64,000 bases of DNA from NCBI GenBank assembly GCA_035762685.1, contig DASTNW010000063.1:1732-65731 (forward strand), read 5' to 3'. Position 1 is the stretch's first letter. Each line of letters starts with the position of its first letter. Below, piece by piece: positions 1 through 8,393 of the stretch. This DNA is from Solirubrobacterales bacterium (lineage in GTDB: Bacteria > Actinomycetota > Thermoleophilia > Solirubrobacterales > 70-9). The position numbers were made by a program, and so were the translations under genes. The notes beneath the pieces are model-generated. The model saw only the letters and a list, made by a program, of their open reading frames with translations, made no database searches and was not told where the DNA came from.

Positions 1-2
1 CC

Positions 3-278
3 CTTCTCGATGTCTCCGAGGTCGAGCAGCTCGCAGCATTGGTCGAGCAGGGTCATGGCCTGGTTGATCTATTGGCGAGAAAGGCAAACGGTCCTTATGC
101 CGAGCTGGACTTCAATCGCTTTGTCTTCGAGACTCCTTCCCTCTCTCATGAAGTGCGTTCGTCTCTCCTCGATCGGCGCTGGATGGCGGAGGTTGACCGT
201 GCGGCAGAAGCCTTCGGATTCGACCCCAACAGCACCGAGGCGCTGGAAGCAAAGAGGCGAGCCGGCCGCGCCGAGTAG
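3..278 (+). CDS. hypothetical protein, C-terminal fragment (5' end outside window)
   Basis: Frame 3 is open from the window edge to TAG at 276-278 (LLDVSEVEQLAALVEQGHG...EALEAKRRAGRAE). Third-position GC is moderate. No domain recognised. Confidence 0.35.
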   Translation, partial: LLDVSEVEQLAALVEQGHGLVDLLARKANGPYAELDFNRFVFETPSLSHEVRSSLLDRRWMAEVDRAAEAFGFDPNSTEALEAKRRAGRAE

Positions 279-306
279 CGATCGCGACCGACCCTCGGAA
301 CGGTGG

Positions 307-693
307 CTACTCGTTCAATCGGCGATGCGCCAATCTGTAGACAGTCTCGCCCCGCGCCCCGGCTGGCATGTGGCGCACGCCGAAAGCGAGATGGCCGAGA
401 TAAAGCCGTCCGTCCTTGCTCTTGGCGATCCGGAATACGAGCCCTAGCGGTCCACCAGGCGGAGGCAGGTAGACCTTCACGCAGCCGGGAAGACTCGTCC
501 CGTCCCGAGCTTCCTCGTCGCAGGCGAACAGGCGTGAGGGATTGCTGTTGCTGTTGTGCTGCCTTTTGTGAGGTTGGCTATCTGCTCCACGTTTGGGCCT
601 TGGTGCCCTGGAGCGCTTGGGGGTGACTCTGCTGGCGCTTGGATGGAGGACTGGTCTTTGTGAATCTTTTTGCTCGCTGCTGACATAGACCAA
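307..693 (-). CDS. possible RelE/ParE-fold toxin-like protein or remnant (start uncertain)
   Basis: The C-terminal ~60 aa (CVKVYLPPPGGPLGLVFRIAKSKDGRLYLGHLAFGVRH...ETVYRLAHRRL) resembles the beta-sheet core of RelE/ParE toxins and of the toxin at 3232-3624. Hand-checked GC3 is high only in the 3' half. The N-terminal part is low-complexity. Confidence 0.3.
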   Translation of the reverse strand: MVYVSSEQKDSQRPVLHPSASRVTPKRSRAPRPKRGADSQPHKRQHNSNSNPSRLFACDEEARDGTSLPGCVKVYLPPPGGPLGLVFRIAKSKDGRLYLGHLAFGVRHMPAGARGETVYRLAHRRLNE

Positions 694-776
694 CGCTCTG
701 CCCGTGGCGCTTTCGCCCAGGCGCCACGGCGCACAGCTATAGATGTCGCGAGCCCAAATACGACCTCCGACGGTTA

Positions 777-1343
777 TTAGCGGTCGAACACCCTTACGAG
801 TTCACGGCAACGTTCAATGAATTCGGCGTTGAGCTGGCCCGACCGCCCTAGGTGGCCCTCGACTATCTGTGACGTCTCCTCAGTCCAGTTCTCCGGCAAC
901 ACGTCGACGGCTTGGATGAGGGTCACTAATCCGTCCCTATTTGCCATGTAGGACTGGGGCACCGGATGGTCGGCCCCGAATCGCAGGCGCAGACGCCCGT
1001 GCTCCGGCGCAACCGCGAAAGTCTTGTCGTGGGCATCCTCCGCAGCTTCCCGACGTATCCGCACCGCTTCTTCGTCGGCCAAGAAGCCCTCGATGGTTTC
1101 CCCCTTCTCTTGTTCGTAGCCGATGACCGGAGTGCGGCTGCGCAAATGGAGGATCGCGCTGATGGATTCCGTGACAGCACCGTTTGCCTCGTCGATCACC
1201 CCGCGCATCTCGTCGAGGTCGCGCATCTTCCGGTCGTGAGTGAGCTGCTTGTCGATGCGCCGGTTCGCGGTCCACGCCGCGAGTCCCGCTGCGATCACGG
1301 CCGCGGTCGCGAGCAACACCGCATCCCAGGTCGGACAGTCCAC
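777..1343 (-). CDS. hypothetical protein with N-terminal transmembrane anchor
   Basis: 188-aa ORF. The N-terminus (AVLLATAAVIAAGLAAW) is a hydrophobic helix and the rest is helical and charged. It lies 12 nt downstream of the 1356-1667 ORF on the same strand. No family recognised. Confidence 0.5.
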   Translation of the reverse strand: MDCPTWDAVLLATAAVIAAGLAAWTANRRIDKQLTHDRKMRDLDEMRGVIDEANGAVTESISAILHLRSRTPVIGYEQEKGETIEGFLADEEAVRIRREAAEDAHDKTFAVAPEHGRLRLRFGADHPVPQSYMANRDGLVTLIQAVDVLPENWTEETSQIVEGHLGRSGQLNAEFIERCRELVRVFDR

Positions 1344-1355
1344 GGTGGGAAGGCG

Positions 1356-1667
1356 TCAGTCGGCCTGACGGGCTTCGAGCTGGGTGACTCGCTCGGCGAG
1401 TGCATCGATCTTCGACGCCAACTCCTCCTTCGAGGGTCCGTCGTCGACATAGACGGCCGCAGGGACCACCGTCTGGCCGCTCTCGGCAAGCGCAGCGAGT
1501 TCCATCGGGTCGATTCCGACCTTCTTCAGCCGTTCCAGCATGTCGCTGACCTGCGCGGCCGCAGCACTCACTTCGGCGATCCTCTCAGCCGTGAATCCCT
1601 TCTCCTCTAGGAGGTCCATCCGTTCGTGAGCCTCGCGAGCGAGGGCGGCTGCGTCTGCCGGGTCCAT
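1356..1667 (-). CDS. hypothetical acidic helical protein
   Basis: 103-aa ORF immediately upstream of, and co-oriented with, 777-1343. Alanine/glutamate-rich helices. No family recognised. Confidence 0.5.
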   Translation of the reverse strand: MDPADAAALAREAHERMDLLEEKGFTAERIAEVSAAAAQVSDMLERLKKVGIDPMELAALAESGQTVVPAAVYVDDGPSKEELASKIDALAERVTQLEARQAD

Positions 1668-1821
1668 AAATGGAGCCTAGACGTGCCAGGCATGGGGCGT
1701 CAATCAGATCGCACCTGTTGCGCGCGAGCCCGGTGCTCAGAAAAAGCGCAGCGTGGCCACGCTCTCTTGCTCGCCTCTGGAGTCCTAGTTGACGATGCAC
1801 TGAGCTTGATCAGCCACACCC

Positions 1822-2037
1822 ATGTGCATGGCGAACGAAAACGACCTAGATCCGACGCTTGCGGAGTGGGCAGACGAGGTCCGGGGACTCGGCAATGTTG
1901 GCGGCCACTTCGACCCACTAGAGGAAGTCAGCCTGGAGCAGGCCGCCGACCTCTCCCACCTCGTCCGACAGATCCTGCGCTACAAGTACGAGGAGCCAGC
2001 CCGGCGTCAGCGGCTCCGCGAATCGCGCAACCCATAA
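1822..2037 (+). CDS. DUF4145-like (HEPN-superfamily) fragment
   Basis: The 71-aa ORF contains EVRGLGNVGGHF...SLEQAADLSHLVRQIL. This matches the R-x-x-GN-x-x-x-H core and following helix typical of DUF4145 domains. An in-frame TGA lies directly upstream (1801-1803), so it looks like a truncated C-terminal half. Confidence 0.35.
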   Translation: MCMANENDLDPTLAEWADEVRGLGNVGGHFDPLEEVSLEQAADLSHLVRQILRYKYEEPARRQRLRESRNP

Positions 2038-2287
2038 GTCACGAGGCAGCGGTTAGGCCGGATGGCGTGCGACCATTGCGTTGAAGGCAGGCATCCATGC
2101 GCTGCCGCCTAGCAACGAAAATGGTCACAACCCATACGTAAAAGGTTTCTGTCTGCACGGCTCAAATGCTGATCCGTGCGATCAGACCCGGCCAACCTCA
2201 AGGCGCTTGTCGTAAACGACGCCACGGGCAAAGGAGAGGCATCAGAGCGGTAGACGCCTGAGATCTGCCGCCGACCCAGCCCCGATC

Positions 2288-3046
2288 ATGGAAGGCGTGC
2301 TCGATGTTGCCTTCAACAGCCGTGAGACGGCCTTTCTGATTTGGGCCGGGGTCTTTCTATTCGTCGTCTTTATCACGAGCCTGGGGGAACTTAAGAGCCT
2401 CGGCAGAACCCTAGTTTCGATCCTAAGGGTCGGCTTGGCTTGGATTTTCCTCGGCTTCATCCCATACATAGCAGGGGTGCTCTACCTACTGGATCGGATC
2501 GGCTTCTGGCATCCGGGCCTTGCATTCGCTGCCCTGTTCTGGACCGTGACGGCGGGCTGGTGGCTGATCGCGGTTTGCATCAAACGAGAGGGAGCACGGC
2601 TTGCCTCGGCTGTACTTGGGGTGATTTCCGTGACGGTCTTTGTGGAGGTCTTGGTCAACCTCAAGACTTTTAGTCTCCCGATCGAGCTAGTCCTGCTCCC
2701 CGTCCTCGCCCTCTTCTTGATCGCTCAGACTGTCGGCGAAAAGAGCAAGCGCGACGACCTAGACCCCCTGCGTCAAGGTGGCGAAAGGGGCTTGATGGTG
2801 GTCGGGGCCGTCATGTTTCTCTACGTGTTACTCAGCATCGTTACGACCTGGAGCCAATTTGACAAAGACGAAGCCCTGAGGTCGCTCGCGTTGCCTCTAA
2901 TCCTTACCGTGGCCGCCGCTCCCTACGTCGCTGCGATTTGGGGTCTATCGGTCAGAGACACGCGCCGAGTAGAACGTCGAAAGGTCGCACAGGCGCATGA
3001 AATTGAAAAAACCTTTGAATTTAGCTCTATGAAGAAAGCTGCTTGA
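2288..3046 (+). CDS. polytopic membrane protein, unknown function
   Basis: 252-aa ORF with at least six hydrophobic helices (e.g. FLIWAGVFLFVVFI, AWIFLGFIPYIAGVLYLL, LVLLPVLALFLIA). No family recognised. Confidence 0.55.
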   Translation: MEGVLDVAFNSRETAFLIWAGVFLFVVFITSLGELKSLGRTLVSILRVGLAWIFLGFIPYIAGVLYLLDRIGFWHPGLAFAALFWTVTAGWWLIAVCIKREGARLASAVLGVISVTVFVEVLVNLKTFSLPIELVLLPVLALFLIAQTVGEKSKRDDLDPLRQGGERGLMVVGAVMFLYVLLSIVTTWSQFDKDEALRSLALPLILTVAAAPYVAAIWGLSVRDTRRVERRKVAQAHEIEKTFEFSSMKKAA

Positions 3047-3225
3047 TTGGAGATACCCATCCGTCCCCAAAACTCCGTGGAGCCTCGCCTTATCGACTGG
3101 CGCCTAACCTCGCCGTCGGCGGGCTTGACAGCCCCGAACATCGCCACAAGCTCCGCGAGCGTCGCGGGCTCGTGATCTAAGCGCTTCATGATGGCCTGAG
3201 CAGAGGTATCCGAAGACACAGGCAC
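2923..3225 (-). CDS. small ORF downstream of the toxin gene (possible third gene of the TA operon)
   Basis: Hand-counted third-position GC is about 78 percent over 3061-3180 in this frame, which supports coding for MKRLDHEPATLAELVAMFGAVKPADGEV.... The last ~40 codons overlap the 3' end of the convergent membrane gene and look non-protein-like. Confidence 0.3.
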   Translation of the reverse strand: MPVSSDTSAQAIMKRLDHEPATLAELVAMFGAVKPADGEVRRQSIRRGSTEFWGRMGISNQAAFFIELNSKVFSISCACATFRRSTRRVSLTDRPQIAAT

Positions 3226-3231
3226 ACCATC

Positions 3232-3624
3232 CTAGTCCCGCCCCAGACGCTGCCTCGCCTTGCGGTGCGCACGGAGACCGGCTCGCGGGGCAACCGTAAG
3301 CCAGCGGCACTCCGCAGGAGCCCCATCGGTGGGCTCGTTGCGGTAGATCAGGCGGAAGCGAGGCTTCCCGGAGTACGAGGGGATGTCGAAGCGGACGCGG
3401 CGGCAGTTGGCAAGCTCAGGATGAAGCCCTGGTCCCATTGGCTCACCAAGGAACGGGTTGCCCTTGCACTCCACCAACAACTCAGCGACGCGCTGTTTCA
3501 GCGCCTCCGCTTCGACCACCTGCTCGTGATCGTCCTCCGAGGAGATCGCCGTGAGTTCACGCACGTCATCAAGAACACCCTCGGCGAAGGCGACGGGAAC
3601 CCCAGCGGCTGCGTCGGCCGTCAT
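3232..3624 (-). CDS. type II toxin, RelE/ParE superfamily
   Basis: The pattern GNPFLGEPMG...CRRVRFD...RFRLIYR...WLTVAPRAG...ARQRL fits the RelE/ParE layout. Its start has a 4-nt ATGA overlap with the upstream small ORF. Confidence 0.6.
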   Translation of the reverse strand: MTADAAAGVPVAFAEGVLDDVRELTAISSEDDHEQVVEAEALKQRVAELLVECKGNPFLGEPMGPGLHPELANCRRVRFDIPSYSGKPRFRLIYRNEPTDGAPAECRWLTVAPRAGLRAHRKARQRLGRD

Positions 3625-3887
3625 TCCTTGGGCAGGTTGATGCCCAGACTGGCCAGCGCCTGGGCGCCGTCTTCCGTCCGATCGGCGGCGCCGCTGCGAA
3701 TCCGCTCCGCAGCTATAGCGGCAGCCTCGTCGTCAGCACGGCGCGACTCGAAGGTCTCTGCCATCGCGTCGATCTTCGAGTTCATCGCCCGCATCTGCTC
3801 TTCGAGCCGACGCACGCGTCCAGATCTGATCCGCGAAATCAAAGGCATCTCGACGAGGATAGCTGCGCCGTCCGATCTATCCATCAC
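3621..3887 (-). CDS. putative cognate antitoxin
   Basis: 88-aa helical ORF translationally coupled to the toxin (stop overlaps the toxin start at 3621-3624). Assigned by position only. GTG start at 3887. Confidence 0.5.
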   Translation of the reverse strand: MMDRSDGAAILVEMPLISRIRSGRVRRLEEQMRAMNSKIDAMAETFESRRADDEAAAIAAERIRSGAADRTEDGAQALASLGINLPKE

Positions 3888-3934
3888 GTTCCATCGCCAC
3901 GCGGATAGGCGTCCACGTGCTTGCGGACCCAGAA

Positions 3935-3968
3935 GCGCCCCTCCTCCCCGGGAAGGGCGCTTTCTGTT
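3935..3968. terminator. GC-rich hairpin with T-tract
   Basis: GCGCCCCTCC (3935-3944) pairs with GGAAGGGCGC (3951-3960) with one mismatch and a 6-nt loop. TTTCTGTT follows on the plus strand. It lies between the TA operon start and the stop of the 4002-4439 ORF. Confidence 0.3.
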
Positions 3969-4001
3969 GGAGGCCGCGGCCTTAGAGCCAAATACGGGTC
4001 G

Positions 4002-4439
4002 CTAGCAGCCGTGCGGAAGGTGCTGGAAGAGCACTGCGATCTGGAGCGATGCTGGGCAGTAATGGCTGACCGTGGGTTCGCAGGTAGTCACAGCGGTCGA
4101 GATGGATATGGACTTGGTGCAGCGGGTTTCCGGTTGGACTCGGATCGACCCGTGCAGCGTGACGTGCCCGTCCGATCGAAACCAGCAACCGATGGCTTCC
4201 CGCCCCCAGCCACAGTGGCCGTGGGAGTTAAGTGCCCCTGGGCCACTGATCGTCGGATGTCGGTCGAAACCGCTGATGCCAGGGTGGCGAGCTTCGCCGT
4301 CCGAGTTCAACCGAGTGATGGCAAAACCAAGTTCACCGCCTCGGCGGGGAGCCCAGCAATCAACGCGAAAGTCGATCCGAGACTGTTGCCAAAGAACGGC
4401 AGCCAGCATCGCTCGAGCTTGACGATCCTTCTTGAACAT
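4002..4439 (-). CDS. hypothetical Cys/His-rich protein (weak call)
   Basis: 145-aa ORF with protein-like composition (GHCGWGREAIGCWFRSDGHVTLHG) and a hairpin about 40 nt past its stop. Hand-checked GC3 is only about 50 percent, and two plus-strand ORFs overlap it. Confidence 0.25.
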   Translation of the reverse strand: MFKKDRQARAMLAAVLWQQSRIDFRVDCWAPRRGGELGFAITRLNSDGEARHPGISGFDRHPTISGPGALNSHGHCGWGREAIGCWFRSDGHVTLHGSIRVQPETRCTKSISISTAVTTCEPTVSHYCPASLQIAVLFQHLPHGC

Positions 4440-4461
4440 GAGGTGAGCGCTGAGCGGATGG

Positions 4462-4830
4462 CTAGACGCACGTATTCCCGCTGTTCAAATACTCGGCTAC
4501 CTCCGATATCCGGCCCTCCGGGTCGAGGGTCAGGAAGAGGGCGCCTCTGAGTTCGATGTTCGTGCCTCGCTCGATGTTCTCGGCCGCCATGGACTGGGAC
4601 TCCGGGTCGACGAACAGCCGCAGGCATTCCATCGTCAGGTCCGGGTGGTCGCGCAGCTCGGCTTCGTAGCGGTCGCGGAGCGCGTCGAGGCCGTGCAGTA
4701 CGGCGGAGCCGTCGCGGAACACCAAGTCCGGAGCGTAGAGCGAGTAGTAGCTCTCCAGGTCGCGCCTGTTCCAGCGATCGATGTAGTCGGCGTAGAAGGT
4801 CGCCAGCTCGGCGGCGTTGAGCCCTACCAT
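4462..4830 (-). CDS. SnoaL/NTF2-like domain protein
   Basis: FYADYIDRWNRRDLESYYSLYAPDLVF...GALFLTLDPEGRISEVAEY is the SnoaL-like pattern. The start is placed at the internal ATG (4830) rather than the track start (4872). Confidence 0.6.
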   Translation of the reverse strand: MVGLNAAELATFYADYIDRWNRRDLESYYSLYAPDLVFRDGSAVLHGLDALRDRYEAELRDHPDLTMECLRLFVDPESQSMAAENIERGTNIELRGALFLTLDPEGRISEVAEYLNSGNTCV

Positions 4831-4922
4831 CGGCCGCGAGCCTAGTGGACGAAGACTGGCCAACCACCCCATTGGCCAAGGTTCCTTGCACCGGGGGCAG
4901 CTTTTAGGTCGATCTCTCCCGA

Positions 4923-7493
4923 GTGCTTAGGATGTGCCGTCTTTTGCCCCGCCGTTCCGATTTCCCATATGAAAAAGCAGCGAGCATTCAGCTTGCCGAG
5001 CGGGACTTTCAGCTTGGCCTGAATTGCGATCTGTGGCCGACCGAAGCGGGCACGCGCCCGCCGGGGTGGCGCGCTGGCAAGGACCAGCCCTGGCTCAGCC
5101 GCACGATCGACGATACATACGACGCAGACGGCGATGAGATCCCGGAGGACCGGCGCGAGCTCGCCTGCCCGCTGAAGGAGTCGATCCTCCGTTTCCCCTC
5201 GGCGCCGATCCACGGGCTCCACCGCCTGCACGAGTACCACGTCAACATCGGCGAGTCGGAGACCTTCCACACCTATCGCGTCCTCACCCACGCGAAAAGA
5301 AGGCGGAACAAGCCGGTAAGCCGCATCTTCCTCATGCACAACGGCCTCAACGAGGCGGAGTCGATGGGCCTCTACTACCGCCTCGCGTCGCGCCTGATTC
5401 AGCAAGACAAAAGCGGCGGCACCGCGTGCGTCCTGCGACCGTTTCCTGGCCACCTGACGCGCTCTCGGTTTTCGGGCTTCGCCGAGACCCCGCTCGACCA
5501 CTACCTCTGGGACGGCTCGCACCTCTTCCGCCAGTTTCTCCGTTACATGATCGAGACCCAGTGGTTCCTCAGCGTCATCGCCCGGCGCTCCTCTTATCGC
5601 TGCATCTCCGGGCTCAACCTCCTGGCGGAACACAGCAAACCGGCCCGCAGCCGCCTCGAAGACGACGTCCTCGCTGAACACATGCTGCGAGCGTGGAACG
5701 CGCTCTATGCCGTGTCACGACCCGCTGTGGGCGAACTGCACAGCGGTCACGACGACGCCACGCCGCTGGGACCTCGCGCATCGAAAAAAGCCATCCACCA
5801 GTCGATTGCCGCGATGCGCAGTCTGCTGAACCTGACCGAGAAGCTCGACGGCGACCCGAAGCCCACGGACGGGCCCGAGCCCGACGTCCACGTGATCGGC
5901 TACAGCCTCGGCGGCTTCGCGGCCCAGTCGATCTTCATGTCCTGGCCGTTCATGGTCGGATCGTGCTCGACCCTGCTCTCCGGCGGCGCGCTCCGGGAAT
6001 TGGCGCCGACGGCCTTTGCCGATCCGGAAGAGTGGCAGACGGTGCTGCACTCGCTTCGCTACGAGCTCGACGACGCGATGCTGAACGATCGCTACAAGTT
6101 CGTCAGCAAAGTCAAGGGGGGCATCGAGATGGGTCGCGTCTCGGGCATCGAATTCGACCTCTTCCTCTTCCTCAAGAGCACCTTCTACGAGGTCTTCCAG
6201 CAGGAGTACCGGGGCAGCTTCCAGACCCGCCTCGCCGCCTTCCGGCGCCGGATGCTCTTCATCGTCGGCGGCAACGACCCGATCGTGCGCCCGCAGAGCG
6301 TCCTCGACTCCGGTCCGCCCGACGGCATCAACATGCTCGCGGTCGGCGGCCTCGGCCACTTCCTCGGAAGCAAATCGCAGGACGACGAAGAGGAGCAGCA
6401 GCGACTCTTCTGGATACCGCGGATCGGCGAGCTGATCGACTCCCTCGCCGACGACGCGGCCAAGACGCTGGCGGACGAGCGCAGCGAGACCTGGCTCGGC
6501 CCCAAGATGGAGCTCCCGGCCAAGCCCGACCAGCCTGCGGGCGCCTCGGCGCTGGCCAAGACGTCCGGTCCGCTGAATGCGATGGAGCGCCTGGAGCTGG
6601 ACGGAGAAGGCTCCCTGCCCGGTCCGCTCTTCCAGCGCGTCCTCGACGACCTGCTCGCTCGCATCGACGCGCGCCGCGGCATCCTCTTCATCCTGCGCAA
6701 CGAGGTGCCAACCGCACTGCTGGAAGACGACGCCATCCAGCAGCTCGCCGCCGGCCTGCACCACAACGACATCGGGATCGTCAACTACATCGAAGGGCTG
6801 AAAGCACGTCGGGAACTGATCCTCGACAACCCCGAGCGCATCTCCCTGGTCCTCCCCTGGAACGCGCGCCTGATCACGGAAAAAATGGACGCCCACCCCG
6901 GCCACCCAAGCCAGTCGGAGGGGGCCGGCGGCCAGCTTCCGCGTCGCGTGGAGCCGAGGAAGATCTGGGAGAAGTTCAACGAGCGCTGCATCGAGGTGGT
7001 CGCCTCGGCACCCCACGCGATCCGCGTCTGCGACGGTCGCCTCGGCGTCCTCGACGAGAGCGGCCTGCCCGCGGTGGACACGGCCGCCCTTGCAAGCGCG
7101 GCCAAGGAGCGGCTTGGAATCGTCGACCGTACGCATCGCGTGACACCGTCGTTGCCGGACTGCTGGGTCTGGATGTCGCCGGAGTTCCTCGCGCTCGACG
7201 GCGATGAATCGCTTACGGTCGAGGCCGGCCGGTCTCGACTCTGCGAAGTGGTCCCCCGGGAGTACAAAGACGTCAACGTCCTCAACAACCGGTTGCGCCG
7301 GGACCACCTACGCATCGTCACCGTCTCCCGTTCGCGCTACAACCCGCGCTTCCGGGGACGGATCGTGGCCGACCCCCGCGCGGCCAGGAAACTCCTTCTC
7401 CACATCACGCTCTGCATCGCGGCCTCGGTCCCGTTCGAGGACTACGACCTCGACGCCCAGCCACCCCGGCTGCGCGAGCCGGAACCCGTCTGA
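4923..7493 (+). CDS. large serine alpha/beta-hydrolase with uncharacterised C-terminal half
   Basis: All catalytic elements are readable. Oxyanion-type strand: RIFLMHNGLNE. Nucleophile elbow: HVIGYSLGGFAAQ. Acid: LFIVGGNDPIV. His: VGGLGHFLG. About 350 C-terminal residues have no recognisable domain. Exact start uncertain. Confidence 0.7.
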   Translation: MLRMCRLLPRRSDFPYEKAASIQLAERDFQLGLNCDLWPTEAGTRPPGWRAGKDQPWLSRTIDDTYDADGDEIPEDRRELACPLKESILRFPSAPIHGLHRLHEYHVNIGESETFHTYRVLTHAKRRRNKPVSRIFLMHNGLNEAESMGLYYRLASRLIQQDKSGGTACVLRPFPGHLTRSRFSGFAETPLDHYLWDGSHLFRQFLRYMIETQWFLSVIARRSSYRCISGLNLLAEHSKPARSRLEDDVLAEHMLRAWNALYAVSRPAVGELHSGHDDATPLGPRASKKAIHQSIAAMRSLLNLTEKLDGDPKPTDGPEPDVHVIGYSLGGFAAQSIFMSWPFMVGSCSTLLSGGALRELAPTAFADPEEWQTVLHSLRYELDDAMLNDRYKFVSKVKGGIEMGRVSGIEFDLFLFLKSTFYEVFQQEYRGSFQTRLAAFRRRMLFIVGGNDPIVRPQSVLDSGPPDGINMLAVGGLGHFLGSKSQDDEEEQQRLFWIPRIGELIDSLADDAAKTLADERSETWLGPKMELPAKPDQPAGASALAKTSGPLNAMERLELDGEGSLPGPLFQRVLDDLLARIDARRGILFILRNEVPTALLEDDAIQQLAAGLHHNDIGIVNYIEGLKARRELILDNPERISLVLPWNARLITEKMDAHPGHPSQSEGAGGQLPRRVEPRKIWEKFNERCIEVVASAPHAIRVCDGRLGVLDESGLPAVDTAALASAAKERLGIVDRTHRVTPSLPDCWVWMSPEFLALDGDESLTVEAGRSRLCEVVPREYKDVNVLNNRLRRDHLRIVTVSRSRYNPRFRGRIVADPRAARKLLLHITLCIAASVPFEDYDLDAQPPRLREPEPV

Positions 7494-7511
7494 TCCGGAA
7501 GCGACCTGACC

Positions 7512-7748
7512 GTGGCTGAGCAGGTGCCCGCAGTCTCTGACGTGCTTGCCACGATCGAGCGCCACGACTGGCCCCGGCTGGAACGCCTGCTCGACCCAGA
7601 GGTCCATTGGACGACCGCCGTGGAGGAGCACCTGCACGGTCGCGAGGCGGTGATCGCTCGCCTCTCCGGCGACCCGCCGCCGGCCCCTCCGGCGTTCCAC
7701 GAGGTGCGCGGCGGGCGAATCGTGCGCTGGATCGACGTTCCGGGCTGA
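7512..7748 (+). CDS. small NTF2/SnoaL-like protein
   Basis: 78-aa ORF with a GTG start, 18 nt after the hydrolase stop. The motif LLDPEVHW...GREAV... is typical of SnoaL-like proteins. Confidence 0.45.
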   Translation: MAEQVPAVSDVLATIERHDWPRLERLLDPEVHWTTAVEEHLHGREAVIARLSGDPPPAPPAFHEVRGGRIVRWIDVPG

Positions 7749-7773
7749 GGCACTCCGCCGGGACCGATGCGGG

Positions 7774-8316
7774 ATGATGCGCGCCGTGACGCGCCGGCAG
7801 GGACTGATCGCAACGGGGATAGCGACGGTGGCCTTGCTCCTGGCGATGTCTCCCGCCGACCAGCGGATGCAGGACACCGGCGGCCCGGGGATCGTCCCCT
7901 TCGAGCTGACCGGCGGCCAGGACCGGGCCGACGAGATCCTCGCAGAATGGGGCGAGGAGGGACAGGACGCCGCGCGCGAGTCGCTCTGGATCGACTTCGC
8001 CTTCCTGCTCGCCTACGGCGCCTTCCTCACCCTGGCGCTCGCCGCGGTCCGCGACCTCGCCAGGGAGCGCGGCTGGCATCGGCTCGCGGCGATGGGCGCG
8101 GTGGTCGTCTCCTTCGGCGCCCTCGTGGCCGCGTTCGACGCCCTCGAGAACATCTGCCTGCTGCTGACCCTCGACGGTGCGGGGGCGGCGTTGCCCCTGC
8201 TGGCGACGATCTTCGCCGCCTGCAAGTTCATCCTCCTCGCCGCTGCGATCGCCTACCTGCTCGCCGGCCTCGGGATGCGCCTGCGCGATCGCGGCGCGGC
8301 CGCTCGGGTGTCGTGA
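7774..8316 (+). CDS. membrane protein, unknown function
   Basis: 180-aa ORF with an N-terminal signal/TM segment (GLIATGIATVALLLA) and three more hydrophobic helices. Confidence 0.6.
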   Translation: MMRAVTRRQGLIATGIATVALLLAMSPADQRMQDTGGPGIVPFELTGGQDRADEILAEWGEEGQDAARESLWIDFAFLLAYGAFLTLALAAVRDLARERGWHRLAAMGAVVVSFGALVAAFDALENICLLLTLDGAGAALPLLATIFAACKFILLAAAIAYLLAGLGMRLRDRGAAARVS

Positions 8317-8352
8317 CCCACCCGCCAGAGAGCCGCTGAGCCGATTCGCGCG

Positions 8353-8381
8353 GGAAGCGCCCGCCAGAGGCGGGCGCTTCC
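8353..8381. terminator. bidirectional terminator-like hairpin between convergent genes
   Basis: GGAAGCGCCCGCC (8353-8365), a 3-nt loop, then GGCGGGCGCTTCC (8369-8381): a perfect 13-bp stem. It sits between the stops at 8316 (+) and 8394 (-). Confidence 0.5.
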
Positions 8382-8393
8382 GCTACGAGTGCT

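Noticed and set aside
3921-4550. Plus-strand ORFs 3921-4550 and 4072-4422, which overlap the minus ORF 4002-4439
   Set aside because: 3921-4550 has very low third-position GC in the segment checked. 4072-4422 encodes a Pro/Ser/Arg-rich, non-protein-like product. The region may be degenerate, so only the minus ORF is kept, at low confidence.
5715-7307. 530-aa minus-strand ORF (plus 5693-7207 + and others) overlapping the hydrolase gene
   Set aside because: Arg/Ala/Gly/Pro-rich shadow ORFs are typical of very GC-rich DNA. The plus-frame 4923-7493 product has a complete catalytic-triad pattern and these do not.
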